Positions 14,784-22,411 of a DNA stretch of 24,000 nt are shown here, one piece after another. The stretch lies in contig JAAHFU020000006.1 in NCBI GenBank assembly GCA_010672825.2, positions 163,549-187,548 on the forward strand, read 5' to 3'. The stretch comes from Leptolyngbya sp. SIO1E4. GTDB taxonomy: Bacteria > Cyanobacteriota > Cyanobacteriia > Phormidesmidales > Phormidesmidaceae. The translations under genes were made by a program, and so were the position numbers. The notes below the pieces were generated by a model, which did not search any database, had not been told where the DNA came from, and saw nothing but the letters and a program-made list of their open reading frames with translations. Each line of letters opens with the position of its first letter. Positions within the stretch are counted from its first letter, which is position 1.

Positions 14784-16593
14784 TCGCGATCCGCTGGCAC
14801 AGATAGAGCAGGCAGAACAGACGACGGAAGAGCCGCCCCTCTGGATGGAGCCGATCGCAACCACCTGGGACACAATATCCGCGATGCTATTCAATGCACA
14901 GGGCCTAGCACTGATTAGCATTTTTGCCGTCCTGATGATTCTGCAACTGTTTGCCCGCAAACGCGGCGACTTGACTTCGGCCCGGTGGGCCAGAGGACGT
15001 GAGAAGGGCCAAGCCCGCAAACGAGCCCAGAAGCAACTTAAGAGCAACCGCATCAACGACGTGACGCTGTGGTGCGGCACGCCCAACACATCATCGACGC
15101 TCTATATTCCCGATGCCAATCAAAGTATCGTCGTCATTGGGCGACCGAAGTCTGGTAAAACCTTCAGCGTCATCAATCCGCTGCTCAAATCCGCGATCGA
15201 GCAACAGATGGCCCTGTGCCTCTATGACTACAAGGCCGATGACCAGGGCTTAGGCGGACAGATGGCCTACATTGCGACCTTGGCCGCTCGGCATGACTAC
15301 AAGGTGAATGTCTTTGCCCCAGGGCGGCCCTATAGTTGTGTCATCAATCCCCTCGATTTTCTGGAAGACGAGAATGACGACACCACTGCCGCCGTCCTCG
15401 CTGAGGTGTTCCACAAAAATCTGAAGGGGGACAAGGGACGGGGGGATGACTTCTTCGGCCCCGCTGGACAACGCTTGATTCAAGCCTTATTCCAGTTTGC
15501 GAAATCGACGCCATATCCCGATATCGCCATGGCCTTCAGTATCGCTCGATTGACTCATTTACCCGAGCGATTGATTTATGCCGACCAGCAGGGACGCTTA
15601 CCGCTAGCCGTTCGCATTGCCTTTTCTCAGCTGATGCAAACAGCGGGGGCTGAGAAAACCACCTCTGGCATTACAGCCACGGCCAGTGATGTGCTAACCC
15701 GCTTCATGAGTCAGCGCATCCTGCCCTCGCTCATGGGCAAAACCAACATCAGCATTGAACTGGGGCAGAAAGAACTCATCGTTTTTCAGAGCGATATCTT
15801 TCGGCAAGCCGTTGTCAACCCCTTACTGGCCGCCCTCATCAACGTCATCATCGACCGGAATTTCTCGATTCAGCGAACGGTCCCCTTAGTCTTTAGTGCC
15901 GATGAATTTCCCACCCTGTATCTTCCAAAGTGTCCCACTTGGCCCAACGAGCATCGCTCCAAAGGCTTTGTCGGCATCTTTGGCTTCCAGTCCTTCCCCC
16001 AGATTCGCGACACCTATGGTCGGGAAAAGACCGATATCTTACTGTCCGGGGTCGGTACTCATTTCTGGTTCAATCCCGGCAACCGGGATACCGCCAAAGC
16101 CTATTCTGACTACATCGGGGAGACCGAAATCACGATTCGCAATACCTCCTGGTCAAGGCAGCGCGGCGACGACCGGGGGCGCAACCGCACGATATCCGAG
16201 CAGACCCGCACCCGGCCTCTGATTCTAGCCGACGATATCACCCGCTTTGATGTTGGGGAATGTATCGTGATCAATCCGGCTTACCGCAATCAAAAGCAAG
16301 CCAACTTGCCCCAACACGTCAATCAGATTCGCATTTCTGAGGCCGATCAAACCCTGGAAAAGCACTGCGAACAGCTCTGGCAAGAAAAGATCAGGCCGCA
16401 GCTCATTCAACGCGAACAGCGACGACGACCCGACCTCGACATTGAGGCCCAGCTCCAGCTTCGCATCGACGAAGCCGAGCGGCGATTACCCCTGCCTCCC
16501 GACAAGGCAGAAGACTCCGGTGGAACACCCCCGGCTCTCGCCAATCACAAACAGACTCCCGCTGCGGTGGGACGCTTTATCCCTGACCTATAA
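14770..16593 (+). CDS. Type IV coupling protein (VirD4/TraG/TraD family ATPase)
   Basis: ATG at 14770 is preceded by GAGGAGGAG and overlaps the previous gene's end; the track ORF begins earlier at 14686. It has an N-terminal TM (GLALISIFAVLMILQLF). Walker A is VVIGRPKSGKTF (GRPKSGKT at 15139-15162). Walker-B-like is LVFSADEFPTLY. GIFGFQSFPQIRDTYG is typical of T4CPs. Confidence 0.85.
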   Translation: MSPLNRDPLAQIEQAEQTTEEPPLWMEPIATTWDTISAMLFNAQGLALISIFAVLMILQLFARKRGDLTSARWARGREKGQARKRAQKQLKSNRINDVTLWCGTPNTSSTLYIPDANQSIVVIGRPKSGKTFSVINPLLKSAIEQQMALCLYDYKADDQGLGGQMAYIATLAARHDYKVNVFAPGRPYSCVINPLDFLEDENDDTTAAVLAEVFHKNLKGDKGRGDDFFGPAGQRLIQALFQFAKSTPYPDIAMAFSIARLTHLPERLIYADQQGRLPLAVRIAFSQLMQTAGAEKTTSGITATASDVLTRFMSQRILPSLMGKTNISIELGQKELIVFQSDIFRQAVVNPLLAALINVIIDRNFSIQRTVPLVFSADEFPTLYLPKCPTWPNEHRSKGFVGIFGFQSFPQIRDTYGREKTDILLSGVGTHFWFNPGNRDTAKAYSDYIGETEITIRNTSWSRQRGDDRGRNRTISEQTRTRPLILADDITRFDVGECIVINPAYRNQKQANLPQHVNQIRISEADQTLEKHCEQLWQEKIRPQLIQREQRRRPDLDIEAQLQLRIDEAERRLPLPPDKAEDSGGTPPALANHKQTPAAVGRFIPDL

Positions 16594-16660
16594 CTGAAAG
16601 CACAACTCGAACAACTCGAACAAGCTTGGGCGTTACAACGTCAACTGGACAATAACGATT

Positions 16661-16795
16661 GTGGAGTATGCACTCAAAGACTCCGACAAACCTCTTGGGG
16701 TTGCGACCTACAGGCTTGTCTCCACATTGCCACAAGAGCTGCAGGAACAATTACCGAGTCCAGAAGACATCAGCAAGATCCTGGAAACTTTGTGA
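16661..16795 (+). other. Short open frame (44 codons) that looks like the C-terminal tail of a larger protein; probable gene remnant
   Basis: From GTG at 16661: VEYALKDSDKPLGVATYRLVSTLPQELQEQLPSPEDISKILETL*. The preceding coiled-coil-like LKAQLEQLEQAWALQRQLD is in a different frame, which suggests decay. Confidence 0.25.
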
Positions 16796-17259
16796 GGTCT
16801 GTTTTCAGGAGAGGATCCACTGCTGAAGTAAGTGGGAGCTGAATAGAGTGGGAGTGTGCCAGTTGGTGCAAATGACTGGCCTAGAAATGGACTGCTGAAG
16901 ATCCTTAAAGGTGTGTGCCAGTTGTCCGAAACCCTTGAATTCTCGTTGAATGCCGATCAGAGGGTGAAAACAGGTGCGATCGCCTACGTCATCTGGGATT
17001 GACACCCTCACCCGTGGAGTGAATAGTTGCGGCGTTGCAAACACTCAACCCTTAACGACCAAAATTTTTCCAACTATATACAGAGCCAAGATCCGCGACG
17101 ATGTCGATGACTAATAAAACAACCATTTTTCCGTGGTGTTCTTTTAAAACTCCGTAAAATTACAAGTACTTGTTGTTTAACAAAGAGTTCAGCGACATCT
17201 GTATAGTCTCTCGCATCAGTAAAACTTGATACCATTACGAGATTTATGTTGATCTATGG

Positions 17260-20200
17260 ATGGTATTAACTTTGCTGGGGATTTCAGTCAAGCTGCTTTT
17301 ATTAACTAAAAGTATGGAAGAGTCCAGAGCTGTTTCTCTCCTCCGGGAACTGTTAGATGCCACAAGCTTGAGTGACTTGCAGGAAGATATTTTTCGTCGT
17401 TCGTGGCGGGGACTTTCTTACTCTCAAATATCTGTCGAGCTTGGATACGATACCGGTTATGTCAGGGTTGTTGGATTTCAGCTTTGGCAAGCACTTTCTG
17501 GCGTTTTAGGGCAACCTGTTACCAAGAAAAACCTGCGCTCTAGTTTTGAGCAGTATGGTCAACAGCTTGCCGCACCATCGCCAAGATCAAGTGCAGCGAT
17601 AACGCCAACTGACGTCGCAGCCGCCTGCCCTCAAGATTGGGGCGATCGCCCTGACCTGACTAGCCTCTACGGTCGCGAGTCTGAGCTAGCCCTATTGCGA
17701 GACTGGATTCGGCGCGATCGCTGTCGGCTCATTGGGATTTTTGGCATCGGCGGCATTGGCAAAACGGTGATTGCGGCTCACTGTGCCCAGCAGCTTCAGG
17801 ATGAGTTTCAGTATGTGTTTTGGCGATCGCTGCGCAATGCGCCTCCCCCGGATCAATTTTTGGTAGAGGCTATTCAGTTTTTATCCGATCAGCAAGAAAT
17901 TGCCCAAAACCTGCCGCTAGACGTGGCCGATCGCATTGACCACTTGCTGGGATATCTCAAACGGCAACGGTGCTTGGTCATCCTCGATAATGCGGAGGCG
18001 ATCTTACAGAGCGGCGCATATACGGGGCGCTATCGGCCTGGTTATGAAACCTACGGCAGCCTACTGCAGCAAATGGGAGAAGAACACCATCAAAGTTGTG
18101 TGTTGCTCACCAGCCGGGAAAAGAGCCGCGAGTTCGTACGGCTGGCGGGTGACCAGTTACCCGTGCGAGCACTGCAATTAGGTGGTCTGGCTGCCGCCGA
18201 AGGACAGGCAGTGATGGAGCAAGCCGGGACGTTTGCGGCGACCCCTGCGGTGTGGCAACAGCTAGTGGATTTCTACGTGGGCAATCCCCTGGCGTTACGG
18301 ATTGCGGGGGCGGCGATTCAAGAACTCTTTGCCGGTGAAGTGGCGCGCTTTTTGGACTATTCGGTGTATGTCTTTGACGACATTAATGATTTGCTGGACG
18401 AGCAGTTCAGCCGACTGTCAGCGTTGGAGCAGCAGGTCATGTATTGGCTGGCGATCGAGCGCGAGCCCGTGACCATCGAAACCCTGGCAGCCAACATTTT
18501 GGAGTCCGTGGCCAAACGGGACCTTATGGAAGCGCTGAAATCTCTCGTGCGGCGATCGCTGATTTACCCGGCGGCGATGGGCTTTACCCAGCAACCTGTG
18601 GTCATGGAATATCTCGTCGAACGGTTGCGGGTGCAAATGCAGCAGGAGATTATCTCTCAGAGTCCCAACCTGCTGATTAGCCATGCCCTGATCAAAAACC
18701 AAGCCAAGGAATATGTCAAAACCAGTCAGCAGCGGGTATTAGTCGATCCGCTCGGTCGGGCGCTGTTGGATGAACTTGGCAGTCTGGCGGCGCTGGCCGA
18801 CCAGCTACAACAGTTGACGGACTTGTTGCGATCGGGTTGGGCCGAACGCGCTGGCTATGCTGCCGGTAACATTCTCTATTTGCTGCAGCAGTGCAGGCTA
18901 GATTTGCAGAACTACGACCTGTCGCAGTTGCCTTTGCGTCAAGTTGACCTGCAAATGACGGCTCTGCCAGGGGTCAACCTACAAGGGGCAGTGCTAGATC
19001 AGACGGTGTTTGCTAACAACCTGGACTATTACATGTCAGTCGCCATCTCACCAAACCAGCGGTACATTGCCGTCGGCAGCACTGAAGGCGACGTTATTCT
19101 GTGGGACTTTCCCGAAATGAGGTCTCACCGAGTCCTGCGGGGGCATGGGCCGATGTTTGTGGTTTGGTTGGCCTTTAGCGCTGATGGTCAGTATCTGGCC
19201 AGTGCTGGGTTTGATCACGCAGTCAAGGTTTGGCATATCGAGACGGCAACCTGTGTGGCGACCTTACAGGCGCATCGCGGGCCGGTCGGCGCTGTCGTTT
19301 TTACGCCTGATGGCAGCCAGTTGATTTCTAGCAGTCACGATGGCCAAATCATCTTTTGGGAAACGACGAACTGGACCTGTGTGCAAGCGATCCAGGCCGA
19401 CCCAGGACAGGTGGCCGCGATCGCCCTCAGTCCCGACGGCAGGACGTTACTGAGTGGCCACGAGCTGGGCCAGATTGAGTTACGGGATTTATCTACCGGC
19501 GATCGCCGGGTCAGCCACGAGCATCACAACGCTTACATTTGGGCGGCAGTCTACCCCACCACGGGTAACCAGGTCTTCTCCGCGAGCCATGACCAAACGA
19601 TCCGGGCGTGGAATGTGGAGACTGGCGAGTGCCTATTTACCCTCACAGGCCATCAAGGTGAAATATCGGGTCTCGCCTGTACTCCCGACGGGCGCATCTT
19701 AGCCAGTGCGTGTCACGACCAAACAGTCCGCTTATGGGATGCGCAAACGGGAAAATGTCTGAATGTTTTGCAAGGGCATCAGGGGATCGTTTGGGATGTT
19801 GATATCAGCCCAGATGGTGAAATCCTCACCAGCGTAGGGTTTGATCGCAGCGTGCGGCTGTGGGAAATCAAAACGGGACGACCGCTAAAAACCCTGCAGG
19901 GCAGTTATAAAGCGCTTTGGTCAGTGATATTTAGCCCCGATGGCCGAACGCTGATCAGCGGCGGCGAAGATCGGCGTATCTGGTTATGGGATTTTGAACG
20001 GCGAACGTATACCCATCAGTGGACGGCCCACACGTATGAAATTACGGCGATCGCCATTCACCCTCAAGGCCAGATACTGGCGACCGGTGGTGGCGATGGC
20101 ACGGTTAAATTGTGGGACCTAGACACCGGCCAATGTTTACACACCCTGGTTGACTATCAGGCTTGGCTCTGGGCGATCGCCTTTAGTCCCGATGGGCGCT

Positions 20201-20886
20201 GGGTCGCGGGCACCGGCCATCGCTACAGCACCTGTGTTTGGGATGTGTATACGGGGCAATGCGTCGCCACCCTAGACGAGCACCATCAAAATTTGGTCTG
20301 GAGTCTGGCTTTCAGCCACGATGGTCAATACATGGTCACAGGCTGTCACGATCTCACACTGAGATTATGGCACCTCGAAACTTGGGACTGCTTTGCCGCG
20401 TTGTCCGGACAGATCAAGGGATACATCAACAGTGTCGATTGCAGCCCCAATAGTCACCTCATCGCCTGCGGCGGTTACGACGCTCAGGTTTACATCTGGG
20501 ATGCGGAGGCCCAGACTTGTCTGCACGTTTTACCCGGACATCAAGGCGTGATCTGGAACGTGAAATTTAGTCCGACGGGCGATCGCATTGCCAGTACCAG
20601 TTTTGACGGCACCGTGCGGGTGTGGGATGTGCAGACGGGGGAATGTTTGCAGACGCTAGCGGGTCACCAGAGCTTTGTGAACTCCGCCTGCTTCCATCCC
20701 CACGACAACATTTTGGTCAGCGCTAGTCGCGACGGCACTCTAAAAGTGTGGGACTTGGCGACGGGCGATTGTACCGCCACCCTCAGCCCACCCAAAATGT
20801 ACGAGGGGCTGAACATCACGGGCGTGCGGGGACTCGACCCCGTGCAGCGAGAAATGCTGTTGGCCCTGGGCGCGATCGAGCATTAA
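17260..20886 (+). CDS. STAND NTPase: N-terminal sigma-r4/LuxR-like HTH, NB-ARC-type P-loop NTPase, 14 WD40 repeats
   Basis: 1208-aa ORF; the more likely start is ATG at 17314 (MEESRAV...). The HTH-like segment is LSDLQEDIFRRSWRGLSYSQISVELGYDTGYVRVVGFQLWQAL. Walker A is LIGIFGIGGIGKT (17743-17766) and Walker B is CLVILDNAE. Fourteen WD repeats span ~19030-20770. The tail YEGLNITGVRGLDPVQREMLLALGA is typical of cyanobacterial WD40 proteins. Confidence 0.9.
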   Translation: MVLTLLGISVKLLLLTKSMEESRAVSLLRELLDATSLSDLQEDIFRRSWRGLSYSQISVELGYDTGYVRVVGFQLWQALSGVLGQPVTKKNLRSSFEQYGQQLAAPSPRSSAAITPTDVAAACPQDWGDRPDLTSLYGRESELALLRDWIRRDRCRLIGIFGIGGIGKTVIAAHCAQQLQDEFQYVFWRSLRNAPPPDQFLVEAIQFLSDQQEIAQNLPLDVADRIDHLLGYLKRQRCLVILDNAEAILQSGAYTGRYRPGYETYGSLLQQMGEEHHQSCVLLTSREKSREFVRLAGDQLPVRALQLGGLAAAEGQAVMEQAGTFAATPAVWQQLVDFYVGNPLALRIAGAAIQELFAGEVARFLDYSVYVFDDINDLLDEQFSRLSALEQQVMYWLAIEREPVTIETLAANILESVAKRDLMEALKSLVRRSLIYPAAMGFTQQPVVMEYLVERLRVQMQQEIISQSPNLLISHALIKNQAKEYVKTSQQRVLVDPLGRALLDELGSLAALADQLQQLTDLLRSGWAERAGYAAGNILYLLQQCRLDLQNYDLSQLPLRQVDLQMTALPGVNLQGAVLDQTVFANNLDYYMSVAISPNQRYIAVGSTEGDVILWDFPEMRSHRVLRGHGPMFVVWLAFSADGQYLASAGFDHAVKVWHIETATCVATLQAHRGPVGAVVFTPDGSQLISSSHDGQIIFWETTNWTCVQAIQADPGQVAAIALSPDGRTLLSGHELGQIELRDLSTGDRRVSHEHHNAYIWAAVYPTTGNQVFSASHDQTIRAWNVETGECLFTLTGHQGEISGLACTPDGRILASACHDQTVRLWDAQTGKCLNVLQGHQGIVWDVDISPDGEILTSVGFDRSVRLWEIKTGRPLKTLQGSYKALWSVIFSPDGRTLISGGEDRRIWLWDFERRTYTHQWTAHTYEITAIAIHPQGQILATGGGDGTVKLWDLDTGQCLHTLVDYQAWLWAIAFSPDGRWVAGTGHRYSTCVWDVYTGQCVATLDEHHQNLVWSLAFSHDGQYMVTGCHDLTLRLWHLETWDCFAALSGQIKGYINSVDCSPNSHLIACGGYDAQVYIWDAEAQTCLHVLPGHQGVIWNVKFSPTGDRIASTSFDGTVRVWDVQTGECLQTLAGHQSFVNSACFHPHDNILVSASRDGTLKVWDLATGDCTATLSPPKMYEGLNITGVRGLDPVQREMLLALGAIEH

Positions 20887-21157
20887 GCGCCCGTTTCAAA
20901 ATTGATTTAATCCGAGTCGTTGGCTCTCTTCAGTCCAGCGACTTTAGCATGTTTTTATATTTTCGGTGTCATTAGACGCGTTTAAATAACTTTCTATAAC
21001 ATTTTCAAGCTTGTGCCTTTAAGTTAGCTCGAATACCATCGAATCGTCTCATTCATCAAGTCAAAAATATAAGTTTTTTTGTCTTAGGAGACAGCAAATA
21101 AGCCCTGAAAAAGCTTTCAGCCAAGAGAGCTTTTTCCTCAATTTACTGAGAGAAGAT

Positions 21158-21919
21158 ATGACCAGCTTTCGAGATGTTCAAAAACAAATAGACAGAATAC
21201 TTGCTGAGCTTGAAGCCAGAAATGCTGAGATCGAAAAGGATTTTGATCCTCATAGAGATGAAATTGCCTTGCGTATTACATCTCTAACAATGCTGAAAAA
21301 CACCGATTGGCCGAAGAAGATTATGAAAATTTTTCCTGTAATTACTATAGTTACAGGAGCTTCTGACGGGTCACAGCTAAGAATCCTAACTCAGGCTGGT
21401 GAGTCACCGCTTTTCGCTGTCAAGAAAAATGAACCGCTGCAATTCGAGCGACCATTCGTTTTGTACGGACCGGATAATCCTGGAGAGACGATAGATTGGC
21501 GCATCGATTTCTTTGACGATGATCGTCAAGTTCGTAATGTTGCCAAAAGTATCGCCAAGCTGACTAAAGATCCGAGTTACCAGAAGAAGCTTGATGACTT
21601 TACTAAATCGTTCAACTCTCAGCAGTTGGAAGCTGGAGCAGCGTTGGTTAACTTTGTTGGTGGTTTTATCGCGGATGAAGTTTCTAAGTCAAAAGATAAG
21701 CATCTGGGGACTTTTACAGGTACATTGCTGCGTGACGAACCGCGTCTCGGAACCTATGGCCTCAAAGATCCATATTGGACAGAAAGAAACGCTTACTTAA
21801 AAGTGAACTTTCGAGTGGAGCCCATCATGAAAGATGACCCCGCTGACAAGCTTCGCGGAGCCACTCTCACTAAAATTACTGACACCGTTCGGTTTAAGCC
21901 GACTGTTGTGCGTCCCTAG
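21158..21919 (+). CDS. Hypothetical protein in an AT-rich islet; no family recognised
   Basis: 253-aa ORF preceded by GAGAGAAG. It starts with an N-terminal coiled-coil-like helix (RDVQKQIDRILAELEARNAEIEKDF). I found no motifs I can assign and no TM segments. Confidence 0.6.
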   Translation: MTSFRDVQKQIDRILAELEARNAEIEKDFDPHRDEIALRITSLTMLKNTDWPKKIMKIFPVITIVTGASDGSQLRILTQAGESPLFAVKKNEPLQFERPFVLYGPDNPGETIDWRIDFFDDDRQVRNVAKSIAKLTKDPSYQKKLDDFTKSFNSQQLEAGAALVNFVGGFIADEVSKSKDKHLGTFTGTLLRDEPRLGTYGLKDPYWTERNAYLKVNFRVEPIMKDDPADKLRGATLTKITDTVRFKPTVVRP

Positions 21920-22108
21920 GCAATCCGATTAGGGATTCCCTAACTCTGTTGACTGCATTTGTCGCGATCGCTGTCTGCACTCTCTAGCCTCCATACTCGC
22001 TCTTGATCGCTGGTTTGGGGTCAGGCTCGGACTCACAGTTGGGACAGCGATCGCTTTTTTTGAAAAATTGATGAGTGATTGCGATCTCCCACCAACAGCG
22101 AATGACCT

Positions 22109-22174
22109 TTCCCGATAAACCGAATTACCAAAATTATTCAGTTCCCGATAAACTGCATTACCAAAATTATTCAG
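22109..22174. repeat. Tandem 33-bp direct repeat, 2 copies, 31/33 identical
   Basis: TTCCCGATAAACCGAATTACCAAAATTATTCAG (22109-22141) is immediately followed by TTCCCGATAAACTGCATTACCAAAATTATTCAG (22142-22174). It lies ~240 bp upstream of the TIR gene start. Confidence 0.8.
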
Positions 22175-22411
22175 TGGGGTAGATAACGCATCGAGTCACT
22201 ACCTGAGCTGGCGATATCAATCAATTGAACCTAGAGACGGAAAAAGTTGCAGGCTGTGTTTGTTCGCGATCGCGTGACATCAACCCTTTTTGGTCCGAGA
22301 TACTGTCAAAATGGCCTGAAGTGAACGATGGCCAACGGTCAACGGGTCTCGCCAGGAGGCTGTTTGCCGTGGTGCCTGGTTGCCCTGCCCCTGCCGCTGC
22401 TAACGATTGCC

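Noticed and set aside
16805-17044. 79-aa minus-strand ORF in the intergenic region
   Set aside because: It has no RBS, no motif and no compositional support. It lies in a region that looks like decayed sequence.
21158-21919. The orphan 253-aa protein as a bacterial gasdermin, based on size and defence-like context
   Set aside because: It has no N-terminal cysteine, no adjacent protease and no sequence feature I can tie to gasdermins. The idea rests on size alone.
22109-22174. Possible CRISPR array or minisatellite
   Set aside because: There are only two abutting units with no spacers and no cas genes. It is reported simply as a tandem repeat.
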